64,000 nucleotides of DNA from Coraliomargarita sp. (GTDB taxonomy: Bacteria > Verrucomicrobiota > Verrucomicrobiia > Opitutales > Coraliomargaritaceae), in assembly GCA_965216325.1 (NCBI GenBank), contig OZ244160.1:1568001-1632000 (forward strand), read 5' to 3'. Made by a program: the position numbers and the translations under genes. Each line of letters starts with the position of its first letter. Position 1 is the first letter of the stretch. Below, piece after piece: positions 21,799 to 31,427 of this stretch. The notes under the pieces were generated by a model, which was given only the letters and a program-made list of their open reading frames with translations, was not told where the DNA came from and made no database searches.

Positions 21799-23472
21799 AT
21801 GAAAAGCCACTACCTACTCACAGGCGCTGCCCTATCATTCGCAGCACTTACGTCGGCTCACGCAGCCGACATAATCCACGACGCCGAGTTCTACATTTCC
21901 AAGCAGCAGAACAGCACGAAGTGGATGGCCGAAGACAACGCACTGGATGCCACCCTTGCGGAGTTCCGCGAAAAAAATGGCGGCAAGCCTCCCAACATCT
22001 TTTACATCCTGATCGACGACATTGGCTTTGGTGACCTCGGCAGCAAGACCCTCAACATGGTGCGCGGCTACGAAACCCCATCGATCAACAAGCTGGCCAA
22101 GGAAGGCATGCGCCTCGGCCGTATGTATACCGAACCCTCCTGCACCCCGACTCGTGTTGCCTTCATGACGGGCCGTCAGCCCTACCGTAACGGCATGGGG
22201 AATACTGCGGTCGACATCTCCGGCTTCGGTCTTGCCGCCAAGGAAGTCACACTCGCGGAAATTCTTTCCGATGTAGGTTATAACACTACGCACATCGGGA
22301 AATGGCACATGGGCGACATTCAGGAAGCATGGCCAAACTACCAAGGCTTCGACTTCGCAGCCTTCCCGATCCACCAACAAGGCCAGTTGACCATCTTCAA
22401 CGACGATGCTGCCAACGAAGAGGTCTCCGTTGGCATTGGCGCGAATAACTACGACGATAAATTCACCCTCGACAACTGGCTGCGCACGGACGCCTCCTCC
22501 ATGGTTTGTGGCGTTGAGGGGCACCGAGACCAACCCGTGCGCGAAGTCGACATGCAACCGGGCGAACGCTGGACCGAAGCCAAATACAAGGAGATGAACT
22601 ATCGCTATCAGGCGCAGACAATGGAGCACCTGCGCAAGCTAGCCAAGCAAGACGAACCCTTCTTCCTGCAATACTGGCCGCTCTATCCGCTCACTGGACC
22701 ACGCACTGCATACGATGAATACACCACACCCAACGGCGGCACTTATGTTGAAAAGATGAAGCTGGTCGACCAATGGATTGGTGAGCTCATGGACGAGATG
22801 GAAACACTCGGCGTCGCAGACAACACCATAGTTATCGTGATGGGCGACAATGGACACTTTACCAAGTATTCTCCGCAGTCCGGTTACACACCGATGATCT
22901 TCCGCGGCGGCAAAGGCTCCACCACCGAAGGGGGCGTGCGCGTCGATGCCTTCGTCCGCTGGCCAGGTATGATCGAAGCCGACTCTGTGGTAGGCGACAT
23001 GGTTCATGTTACCGACCTCTTCACCACACTCGCTCGCGTAGCCGGTGCTTACGACAAGATTCCAACTGACCGGCTGATCGACGGCCTCGACCAGACCTCG
23101 CTTTTGCTCAATGGTGAAACCCACGGCCGTCGCGACTACGTATTCCTCTACAACATCAACGCACTCGAAGCCGTGGTGAAGGAGCAGTTCAAACTCGCCA
23201 TTCCGGGCGGTAAGATTGAGAACGCAATTCTCGCGGACTTCTACGATCTCTATCGCGATCCTCAGGAAAAGTATCCGGTATCGACCGAGATCGGAGCATG
23301 GGGTGGTGCGAAGTTCGTCCGCATGGTCATGCGCCACATAAAGCGCAAGGAACTATATCCTGACGAGGGCCCTGCCATTGGCATGCCCTATCAAGGCATC
23401 GAGAACTTGCGCCCGGAATCTCAAGCTGCCGTCCAGGAATTTCTCTTCATGATGAAGAGCCCAGAAATGTAA
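21799..23472 (+). CDS. Secreted sulfatase-family hydrolase 3
   Basis: Signal peptide, PNIFYILIDD, CTPTRVAFMTGR, GKWHMG, DNG, GGKG..EGGVRV. Confidence 0.92.
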   Translation: MKSHYLLTGAALSFAALTSAHAADIIHDAEFYISKQQNSTKWMAEDNALDATLAEFREKNGGKPPNIFYILIDDIGFGDLGSKTLNMVRGYETPSINKLAKEGMRLGRMYTEPSCTPTRVAFMTGRQPYRNGMGNTAVDISGFGLAAKEVTLAEILSDVGYNTTHIGKWHMGDIQEAWPNYQGFDFAAFPIHQQGQLTIFNDDAANEEVSVGIGANNYDDKFTLDNWLRTDASSMVCGVEGHRDQPVREVDMQPGERWTEAKYKEMNYRYQAQTMEHLRKLAKQDEPFFLQYWPLYPLTGPRTAYDEYTTPNGGTYVEKMKLVDQWIGELMDEMETLGVADNTIVIVMGDNGHFTKYSPQSGYTPMIFRGGKGSTTEGGVRVDAFVRWPGMIEADSVVGDMVHVTDLFTTLARVAGAYDKIPTDRLIDGLDQTSLLLNGETHGRRDYVFLYNINALEAVVKEQFKLAIPGGKIENAILADFYDLYRDPQEKYPVSTEIGAWGGAKFVRMVMRHIKRKELYPDEGPAIGMPYQGIENLRPESQAAVQEFLFMMKSPEM

Positions 23473-23505
23473 TCACCTTTCATATAATTGAATAGAAATT
23501 CAACA

Positions 23506-23603
23506 GATAGGGACGCTTGCCCCTTATTATGCCCTTGGGTGCAAGTATTCGCTCAGCAGATACACCATTCTACGACGGACGGCTGTAGGCAGCCATCCCT
23601 ACC
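23506..23603. repeat. REP-like doublet (family also found inside menC)
   Basis: gatagggacgcttgcc ... cggacggctgtaggcagccatccctacc. Confidence 0.75.
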
Positions 23604-23631
23604 TTTTTTTAGCCTAACAAGTTTAAAAAAA

Positions 23632-24633
23632 TTGTTTTGTATCAGCACTCTCACTACAGCAGTGCTCGCTGCAGATGAGCTGAGAATGAAGAACGGGTCT
23701 GTTTTGATCGGCGAACTCGTTCGGGTCTCGGATGACAGTGTCATCTTCAATACGCCCTTTGCTGGCGAGATCACCATACAGCAAGCGAACATCGAGCTCA
23801 TCACCACGGAGAGTCCAGTCACGCTCATGATGGAAGACGGCACGGTCCACGAAGATCGGCAAATCGTCTCCACCGAAACCGCGATGCTCGTGAAGACCGA
23901 AGGCGAAGGCACTGCTCTGTTCGACGCAGATGATATCGAAATGGTCAACCCAGAGCCCTGGGAACTCGGCGAAGGCTATGACTGGTCTGGGCGCATCAGC
24001 CTTGCAGTCGAATTTGAGAACGGCAACTCCGACACCGAAGAGTGGAATTTCAAAGCCGACACTCAATGGCTCAGTATCTACGATCGCTACAGCATTGACG
24101 CGAGTATGGAATACGAAGAGGTCAATGGGACAAAGAAAGAGGACAATTGGGATATCACCTTCAAGTATGATCGCTTTATCGAACCGCGCAGTCCCAACTA
24201 TCGTGGAGCCAAGATTGCCTTCATTCACGACGAGTTCAACGACCTCGACCTACGTACAGTCGGCAGCGTCCACGTTGGTCGCCAATTCTATAGCACGAGC
24301 CGCCTAACGCTCTCCGCTGAAGTCGGCCCAGCCTACGTGCACGAACGCTTCATTGTAGCCGACAACGATGATTGGCCCGCCGCGCTCTGGTATCTTGACC
24401 TATCCACGGATGTTCTTGGCTTCGGAACCACCCTTTTCGTCGACCACGAAGGCATCCTGAAAGTTGAAGACCCCTCAGATACGATTTTAAACACGATCAT
24501 CGGCATCCGCTTCCCGCTCACACATGGTTTCGAAACGTCACTCGAAGCCGAGTTTGAATACGATGGGGGCGCAGTCGAAGACGTCGACCAGCTCGACGAA
24601 ACCTACAACTTACGTTTCGGCTATTCTTGGTAG
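23632..24633 (+). CDS. DUF481-like outer-membrane beta-barrel protein (start uncertain)
   Basis: ADELRMKNGSVLIG N-domain, GNSDTE, alternating beta strands, C-terminal FGYSW; TTG 23632 is the only start near the signal-like segment. Confidence 0.7.
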   Translation: MFCISTLTTAVLAADELRMKNGSVLIGELVRVSDDSVIFNTPFAGEITIQQANIELITTESPVTLMMEDGTVHEDRQIVSTETAMLVKTEGEGTALFDADDIEMVNPEPWELGEGYDWSGRISLAVEFENGNSDTEEWNFKADTQWLSIYDRYSIDASMEYEEVNGTKKEDNWDITFKYDRFIEPRSPNYRGAKIAFIHDEFNDLDLRTVGSVHVGRQFYSTSRLTLSAEVGPAYVHERFIVADNDDWPAALWYLDLSTDVLGFGTTLFVDHEGILKVEDPSDTILNTIIGIRFPLTHGFETSLEAEFEYDGGAVEDVDQLDETYNLRFGYSW

Positions 24634-24654
24634 GCGCAACAACACGCCAGCTTT

Positions 24655-24686
24655 ACACTTAACTCCTAACACTTAAAACTGAACAC
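24655..24686 (+). repeat. Heptamer array before the DUF3313-like gene
   Basis: acactta-actccta-acactta-aaactga-acac. Confidence 0.65.
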
Positions 24687-24695
24687 ACACCATCC

Positions 24696-25397
24696 ATGAA
24701 AAAGACACTCATCGCCTCCGCACTCTGCGCACTCACCGCCACAGCATTCTTCACCGGTTGCGCAAGCTCCACCAATAGCGCTGAACAGAGCGGATTCCTC
24801 GGCGACTACGCAGACCTAAAGGAAGGCAGCAAAGGCGAAGCTCAATATGTCTACATCAACGAGCAAGCCGACTTCACCCAATACACCAAAGTCCGCTTCG
24901 CTCCCATCACTGTCTGGAGAACCGAAGACAGCAAGCTCGACGACCTGGATGATGCCACCGCACAAGAGCTTGCCAATGCACTCTTTGCATCGGTCTATGA
25001 GGCACTCAAAGACGACTACGAAATCGTCAACGAGAACGGCGCAGACACCATGTTAATCCGCATCGCTCTGACTGAGGCGGTTGGCGCGAAGCGGGTCATG
25101 AACTCCGTCTCCACGGTGATTCCAGTTGGCCTCGTCGCCTCCGTCGGCACAAAGGCAGTCACCGGCAGCCATGCATTCGTCGGCAAAGCCTCCGTTGAAA
25201 TGGAAATCCTCGACTCGGCCACCAGTGAACGCCTAGCCGCAGCCATTGACGAACGTGCCGGCAGTAAAGGCGTCGAAGCCGAGTGGACTCAGGTAAAAAA
25301 GGCCTTCGACTACTGGGCAAACGGCCTCAAAGACCGCCTGCAACGCCTCAACCGCGCCAGTCGTATGAAGGAGAGCCTCATCGACGTCGTCATTTAA
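24696..25397 (+). CDS. DUF3313-like lipoprotein
   Basis: Lipobox FTGC, SGFLGDY..L, IRIALTE, EMEILDSATSERLAAAID.R. Confidence 0.8.
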   Translation: MKKTLIASALCALTATAFFTGCASSTNSAEQSGFLGDYADLKEGSKGEAQYVYINEQADFTQYTKVRFAPITVWRTEDSKLDDLDDATAQELANALFASVYEALKDDYEIVNENGADTMLIRIALTEAVGAKRVMNSVSTVIPVGLVASVGTKAVTGSHAFVGKASVEMEILDSATSERLAAAIDERAGSKGVEAEWTQVKKAFDYWANGLKDRLQRLNRASRMKESLIDVVI

Positions 25398-25424
25398 CAC
25401 CCATACTTCTCGCCTGAAAATAAG

Positions 25425-25505
25425 AAGCTCCTCCCCTAACAAGGAGAGGCCATCTGCTCGCAGTTCGACAAGCTCACTGTCCTGAGTTAGTCGAAGGGCC
25501 AGATG
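25425..25505. repeat. Palindromic repeat (aagctcctcccct family) carrying a 38-nt insertion
   Basis: Matches 49452-49494 except for cagttcgacaagctcactgtcctgagttagtcgaaggg in the second hairpin. Confidence 0.75.
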
Positions 25506-25545
25506 CGAAAGGCCCGCAATCTGCAAATCTGAACAAACCCAAGCT

Positions 25546-26781
25546 ATGAAATCGCCCAAAACTCTGACACTCCTCGCCCTTGGTAGTCTAACCAGCATCG
25601 CGCACGGCGCAGGCTTCTACCTCTCGGAGGTAGGCACACCCGGCAGCCTTGGTACCGCTGGCGTCGCTAACCCAGTCAACACTGCAGCCGCTGATGCATC
25701 ATGGACCAACCCAGCGGGAATGACCGGCCTCGACAGCGACCAAGTTCTACTGGGCGCTCAACTTCTCATCCCAACCATGCGCTTTGACTCTAACGACAAC
25801 AACGAAGTGGATGGCAGTGATGGTGGTAATGCAGGCGTAATTGCTCCCATCCCTAGCGTCTTCGTCGCAAAGCAATTCACTGACAATCTGTGGGGAGGTT
25901 TCTCCATTGTTGGAGCTATGGGTGGCGGTTCCGATTACGGTAGAGACTTTGTCGGACGCTATGGGGCAGTTGAGGTCGAGCTGATGGGTGTTGCAATCTC
26001 CCCCTCGCTTGGATGGCAAGTCAACGAGCGCCTCTCCATCGGCGCCGGGGTAAGTGTATTGTATACACAGTTCTATCAGGAAATCGCCGTCCCCTCGCCC
26101 TTACCTTTTGGCGATGACGCATTTGTTGAATTCGATGAATTGGACGATTGGGGCTATCAGCCCTTTTTCGGCCTAACTTATAAGATCAACGATAAGGCGA
26201 CTTTTGGACTCGTCTATCGCGCTGAAGCGGATGTCGAGCTAGAAGGAGATCTGAACTTTAAGAATTTCACGGTCACTCCACCTGTCGACGACATCAAACT
26301 GGAATGGGACAATCCACAGTGGCTCGAAATCGGCATCAGTTATCAATTCAACGACGAATGGATGGCGGCGATCAATATCGGTTGGCAAGAATGGTCCACC
26401 TTTAGCGAAAACGTAATTACCATTCCAGCCAGTGATGGTGTCCCCGTAGTTCTCGATCGTGACTGGGACGACACTTGGCACGCAGGCATTGCAGTATCAC
26501 GCATTGGCGAACGCCACCAATGGAGTCTCGGTTTTAGCTACGAGAGTTCTCCTGTAAGCGACAGTAAGCGCACCATCGACTTCCCTGTCGATGAACAGTT
26601 CAAGTTCTCCGGAGCTTACGGCTGGCAGATCAACGATAACTGGGACATGGCACTCGGTGCGACCGTCATCCTCTTTGGAGATGGTGCAGTCAGTCAGGAA
26701 ACCTCAGGCGGACTCGTCGAGGGTGACTTCAGCACCTACATGATAGTCATCGGCGGCGCGACTTTCCGCTATCACTTCTAA
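25546..26781 (+). CDS. FadL/OmpP1-family outer-membrane transporter
   Basis: AGFYLSEVG..SLGTAG, DASWTNPAGMT, SIGAGV, WDDTW..G, terminal RYHF. Confidence 0.88.
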   Translation: MKSPKTLTLLALGSLTSIAHGAGFYLSEVGTPGSLGTAGVANPVNTAAADASWTNPAGMTGLDSDQVLLGAQLLIPTMRFDSNDNNEVDGSDGGNAGVIAPIPSVFVAKQFTDNLWGGFSIVGAMGGGSDYGRDFVGRYGAVEVELMGVAISPSLGWQVNERLSIGAGVSVLYTQFYQEIAVPSPLPFGDDAFVEFDELDDWGYQPFFGLTYKINDKATFGLVYRAEADVELEGDLNFKNFTVTPPVDDIKLEWDNPQWLEIGISYQFNDEWMAAINIGWQEWSTFSENVITIPASDGVPVVLDRDWDDTWHAGIAVSRIGERHQWSLGFSYESSPVSDSKRTIDFPVDEQFKFSGAYGWQINDNWDMALGATVILFGDGAVSQETSGGLVEGDFSTYMIVIGGATFRYHF

Positions 26782-26808
26782 AAAAGCTCCCACCAAATGG
26801 GAGCTTTT
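26781..26808. terminator. Bidirectional terminator between convergent genes
   Basis: aaaagctccca / tgggagctttt stem. Confidence 0.85.
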
Positions 26809-26840
26809 GAATCATCTGATCGCCATTCACATTAACGCGG

Positions 26841-28418
26841 CTACTTCCGAAACTCTTCTGGTATAGACTCCTTCGGGTCTCGATTAGGAAACTGCTGCAT
26901 CATGCTCATGTGCGCGTTCATAAAGGCCTGAATCGGTGTAACCGCAAAGAGGCCGGCGTAGAGTGCCCCGTAGCGCTCGCCTGGATCCCGTTTCACATTA
27001 TAGAAGTCCATATCGGGAAGGCCGCCCTTGTTGCCTTTAATGATGACCTTAAAATTCTCATAGCGTAGCGCTCCGAGTGTGCCCCCGGAATAGTGAGTCA
27101 TATAGTTGCGTCGGCCGTGCCCTTCGCCGTTCAGAAGCAAGGACAACTGATCGATACCATCGGTCACACGGTCGCTAGGCATCTTATCGGTAATGCCAGC
27201 AACACGACAAGCGGTCGTATGCAAATCGACAATATGTAGCATATCCATCGGATCCTGGTCCGGCTCAATCATGCCCGGCCACCACGCCATGGCTGGAACA
27301 CGCACACCGCCTTCAAGAATATCCCCCTTACCCCCACGCAATAGCGTGTAGCCGGAGGTAGGATAGAAGGCATACATCGGACCATTGTCACTGATCCAGA
27401 CCAGCAGTGTATTCTCGGCAATGCCTTCCGCCTTCAATGCGTCCATCAGCCTTTGAACATGCTTATTATGCAGCACCATCATCGAGGCCTGCGCATTGTT
27501 GCGGTCGACTCCTGAATCGCTCTGATGCTCTTCAGAACCTGTGATCTGTAGCGCGTAGGATGCCCAATAAATGTAGAAGGGCCTGTCCGTACCTGCTTTC
27601 TCTTTGATGTAAGCAAGCATCTGTTTATTGCTTTCATTCTCAAAGGCTTCCTGTCGATGAATACCAAGTTCACCTGCAGGCCCTTCGATCGGCCTGCGTG
27701 GTTCCCCTTTCTCCGCCACGAAGCCAGCAACACTCAGATCTATGCCTGTCAGAGCCTCATACTCTTCATAGCCGAGGAAATCGCCGAATGGCGTCTTGGC
27801 TGGAGTCGGACTGTCGTAGAGTGCATGCGAATACTGCCACGCATCGGGAGCACCGTTGAAGAGACCATAGTAAGCATAGTCATAACCTTGATTGGTTGGG
27901 CAGTGCTCTTCGTGCTCTCCGATATGCCACTTGCCCCACATTGCCGTATGGTAACCCGCATCGGATAGGAGCTCCGCAGTGGTGATCTCATTCGGGCTGA
28001 GGCCTTCATACTGCCCGGGCCAAAGCACAGAGAGCAGCCCGGTGCGGACCGGGTGGCGACCGGTATTGATGGCAATTCGTGAGGGCGTGCAACTAGGTTC
28101 CGCATATGCCGACCAGAAGCGCATCCCCTCTTCAGCCATACGATCCAGCGCAGGAGTCGGCGTGCCGCGGTGCTTGCCGCCACCTTGCCAGCCCATCTCA
28201 CCCCAAGCAATATCGTCGGTCAGAATGTAGATGATATTCGGCTTCTTACCAAACTTGGCTTCAAGTTCGGCAAGTTTACGATCAATTGCTTTATCTTCAG
28301 CAGCCCAAGCCTCGGCATTCCGCTCGTGGAGCCAATAGTAGGGCGCATCGTTTTGCTGTGCATTCAGTTGAAGGCCTAACACTAGACCAAATCCAGCCAT
28401 TAGAATATTCTCTTTCAT
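26841..28418 (-). CDS. Secreted sulfatase-family hydrolase 4
   Basis: PNIIYILTDD, CTPSRIAINTGR, GKWHIG, SDNG, GGKG..EGGVRVP. Confidence 0.92.
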   Translation of the reverse strand: MKENILMAGFGLVLGLQLNAQQNDAPYYWLHERNAEAWAAEDKAIDRKLAELEAKFGKKPNIIYILTDDIAWGEMGWQGGGKHRGTPTPALDRMAEEGMRFWSAYAEPSCTPSRIAINTGRHPVRTGLLSVLWPGQYEGLSPNEITTAELLSDAGYHTAMWGKWHIGEHEEHCPTNQGYDYAYYGLFNGAPDAWQYSHALYDSPTPAKTPFGDFLGYEEYEALTGIDLSVAGFVAEKGEPRRPIEGPAGELGIHRQEAFENESNKQMLAYIKEKAGTDRPFYIYWASYALQITGSEEHQSDSGVDRNNAQASMMVLHNKHVQRLMDALKAEGIAENTLLVWISDNGPMYAFYPTSGYTLLRGGKGDILEGGVRVPAMAWWPGMIEPDQDPMDMLHIVDLHTTACRVAGITDKMPSDRVTDGIDQLSLLLNGEGHGRRNYMTHYSGGTLGALRYENFKVIIKGNKGGLPDMDFYNVKRDPGERYGALYAGLFAVTPIQAFMNAHMSMMQQFPNRDPKESIPEEFRK

Positions 28419-28540
28419 AACTGAGTCATTGTGGGGTTAGCAGACTGCACGACCTCAGTGTAAGGCCGCCTATGAATAGATATACGCCCTCAAAGAAAAC
28501 GCAACTAAGCCAAGGATTTCACATGATAAACAAGGCTACC

Positions 28541-29806
28541 TTACCACGGCTGCCCAACCGTCATCTGCACGCCGAAGGTGTCTTCCGCTGCCGCGAAATC
28601 GGCACGCACGGTCACACCCAGCACATTCATACGAACACCCGCCCCAGCGTTCCACTGCATGTCTTCGTGGAGCTCACTCAAATCGTAATCGTCGGCCACA
28701 CGGCCGACTTCGGCAAAGGCGACCCACTGCCACCACGGGATGTAGAGCTTCTCGACCAGCCACATATCGGTAAAAGGATTCCAACGCGGCGTGTAGCGAT
28801 ACTCGGCTCCGTAGTAGATTGCAGAGCGGTCATTATAGCGCGCTTCTGGATACGCACGCATACGCTCCCAACCACCTAGTGTCGAACCGGCAAACACTGG
28901 CGGGCGATTGCCGCTATCCCATGTCGGTACATCCGAGGTCCAAAAGTTCAATGCGATCACCCGTTGACGCGCATCCTCGGACTCGCCGAGTGAAATGAAC
29001 TTCGTGTAATCGAAACGCACCGCAGTCCAGGTGCTATCGCTATCACCGATACCAAAGTCGCGTGATACTTCGAGCGCAGTGCGCGAGCCGCGAGTCGGGT
29101 TCGCGTAAAAATCGCGGTTGTCGTAGATGATTGCCCAGTTAATGCCACTGGTCGTGGACTCAAAGTTATTGCCCAACTCATCATCAAAATCCTGCGAGCG
29201 GAAGAAGAACTCGTTCTCCAGGAACACACGGCCCGACTCAAACGGATTCCAAGAAACCGCACCAGCCGCGGACTCCGGAAGTAACAAACCACCCTCAGTC
29301 TGGTAGGTATGAATCACGTTCTTGCCATGACCGATCGGCAATAGGTAACGAAAGTTGTAGCGGAGGTAGTAATCCGTGCCGTCCGATTCCAGATAGTCGT
29401 CGATGTCCGAATCGTTGGAGCCCGCGTCGTCGCCGGGGAAATCCGGATTGCCGGGACGGTAGCTGTTTACGTCCTTGTAATCGCCAAGGATCATACGCGT
29501 ATCGACATAGAGTCGCTCGAAGAAAGGCACACGGGTATCCTGACCATAGGCAAAGAAGGCCAAGGAGCCATTGGTGCCGGCAAAGCCATTAAGTAACAGC
29601 TTCTGCTGTGGCTGCCCGTATCCGGAAGCAATCCAACTCGCACCAAATGCCAGCTCTGTGGTTTCCGAATAGAACCCATAGGGCACCGCAAAGGTAAACT
29701 TCTCCTCCTGATCGGGGATCGTCACCTCATCGATCATATTGAAGGCCGCGAGGGGCGAGGTAAGCAGTAGCGCCAGCAGTACTGAAAGTAGCGTGCGTGT
29801 TTTCAT
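28541..29806 (-). CDS. BamA/TamA (Omp85)-like outer-membrane barrel protein
   Basis: YDNRD..ANPTRG, LGGWERMRAY..RY, FAEVGRV, GAGVR, terminal GQPW. Confidence 0.8.
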   Translation of the reverse strand: MKTRTLLSVLLALLLTSPLAAFNMIDEVTIPDQEEKFTFAVPYGFYSETTELAFGASWIASGYGQPQQKLLLNGFAGTNGSLAFFAYGQDTRVPFFERLYVDTRMILGDYKDVNSYRPGNPDFPGDDAGSNDSDIDDYLESDGTDYYLRYNFRYLLPIGHGKNVIHTYQTEGGLLLPESAAGAVSWNPFESGRVFLENEFFFRSQDFDDELGNNFESTTSGINWAIIYDNRDFYANPTRGSRTALEVSRDFGIGDSDSTWTAVRFDYTKFISLGESEDARQRVIALNFWTSDVPTWDSGNRPPVFAGSTLGGWERMRAYPEARYNDRSAIYYGAEYRYTPRWNPFTDMWLVEKLYIPWWQWVAFAEVGRVADDYDLSELHEDMQWNAGAGVRMNVLGVTVRADFAAAEDTFGVQMTVGQPW

Positions 29807-29835
29807 ACAGATCGGTTATTTAGAGGGAAGAGAAC

Positions 29836-29925
29836 GTAGCGTGTAGCTTTAGCAAACGCTCTTCCGCGACAAGCTTTCAGTGGTTCAATTAGAAACAGGG
29901 AGCGTTTGCTAAAGCGGCACGCTAC
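29836..29925. repeat. REP-like doublet (family A)
   Basis: gtagcgtgtagctttagcaaacgctc ... gagcgtttgctaaagcggcacgctac. Confidence 0.85.
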
Positions 29926-29933
29926 TTCCCGAA

Positions 29934-31427
29934 TTAAACCGCTGTCTCCTGGAAGCGCTGCTCGCGGATCACGGTAATCTCAATCGTGCCCGGATAATTC
30001 AACTCGTCCTCAATACGACCACGGATATGACGCGCCAACTGACGAGCTTCCTCATCCCCAACCTTGGTCGGCTCCACGATGACACGCACCTCACGACCAG
30101 CCTGAATTGCATAGGCATCAATCACACCGCGTTGAGCTTGGGCGATCTCTTCAATGCTACGCACACGCTGGATAAAGCCATCGATGGACGAAGCACGTGC
30201 GCCCGGGCGCACGGCCGACAAGGAATCAGCCACCATAACCAGACCTGCATAAGTGCTCTCTGCCGGCACTTCCTTGTGGTGCGCAGCGACCGCATTGACC
30301 ACACGCGGGTCTTCACCGTGTTGTTTGATCACATCCGCACCCACGATCGCGTGGCTACCGGAGTAATCTTCGTCGATGGCCTTGCCCAAATCATGGAACA
30401 GGCCTGCGCGCTTCGCGAGGTCCGGATCCATACCGATTTCGGAGGCAATCAATGCACAGAGATTGGCCACTTCAACTGAGTGCGCCAAGGTGTTCTGGTT
30501 GTTCGAAAGACGGTAGTGTAACTTACCCAGAATGCCGACGACTTCCGGGTGTACATTATTCAGGCGCAGCTTACGAATCGCGGCCTCCCCGAGTTCGATA
30601 ACATTGGCCGCCATATCTTCCTCGGCCTTGATCACCTCTTCTTCGATGCTGGCAGGGTGGATGCGGCCATCGCGTAGGAGCGCCTCCAACGCAATGCGGG
30701 CAATTTCACGGCGCACCGGATCAAAGCAGGAGATCAGCACCGAGTCCGGAGTCTCATCGATCATCAGCGTAGTGCCCGTCGCGTGCTCAAAGGTGCGGAT
30801 GTTACGTCCTTCACGACCAATGATGCGACCTTTCATTTCTTCACTGGGAAGCGTCACCACGGTCGCGGTGGCATCGTTCATTGGCTGGGAGGTGATGCGC
30901 TGCATGGAGGCCAACAACACACGGCGCGACTCCTCCATCAGCTCCTTCTCAGTCTTCCCGAGTAGTTTTTCGCGCAAGTCACGGATCTCAGATTCACATT
31001 CCCGCTCGGTATTGCGCAGCAATAGCTGACGAGCTTCATCCTGATCCATCTGCGTAATATGGTGCAGTTTCATCCGATAGAGACGGCGAATCTTTTCAGC
31101 CTCGTGCTCCGCGTCTTCTAACACACGCTGCTCACGAACGACCTCTTTCTCCTTCTTCTCAAGTACGTCCGCTTCCTCAGCGAGGCGCTGAGACGTGCGT
31201 TCGAGTTCCCGAGCCTTAGCGTCAAGGTCAGCCTCCTTGGTTTTGTATTCCAAGTCGATGGTCGCACGCTCCTCGCGCAAATTGAGCTGTGCCTCACGCG
31301 CTTCGACTTCGAGGGTTTGGCGGAGTCCCCTTTCAGCAGTCGCCGCGCGGCGCTTCATGACATATGCACCAATTGCAGCGCCAACACCGGCACCAATTGC
31401 AACCCCCGTTATAATCTCGTAATTCAT
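29934..31427 (-). CDS. rny: Ribonuclease Y
   Basis: N-terminal TM, coiled coil, KH motif [15 protein letters not shown] motif [16 protein letters not shown]. Confidence 0.95.
   Translation of the reverse strand: MNYEIITGVAIGAGVGAAIGAYVMKRRAATAERGLRQTLEVEAREAQLNLREERATIDLEYKTKEADLDAKARELERTSQRLAEEADVLEKKEKEVVREQRVLEDAEHEAEKIRRLYRMKLHHITQMDQDEARQLLLRNTERECESEIRDLREKLLGKTEKELMEESRRVLLASMQRITSQPMNDATATVVTLPSEEMKGRIIGREGRNIRTFEHATGTTLMIDETPDSVLISCFDPVRREIARIALEALLRDGRIHPASIEEEVIKAEEDMAANVIELGEAAIRKLRLNNVHPEVVGILGKLHYRLSNNQNTLAHSVEVANLCALIASEIGMDPDLAKRAGLFHDLGKAIDEDYSGSHAIVGADVIKQHGEDPRVVNAVAAHHKEVPAESTYAGLVMVADSLSAVRPGARASSIDGFIQRVRSIEEIAQAQRGVIDAYAIQAGREVRVIVEPTKVGDEEARQLARHIRGRIEDELNYPGTIEITVIREQRFQETAV

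Noticed and set aside
23488..23622. N-terminal extension of the DUF481-like ORF from the ORF track
   Set aside because: It is translation through a REP doublet; similar spurious extensions occur at 3625, 17539 and 35744
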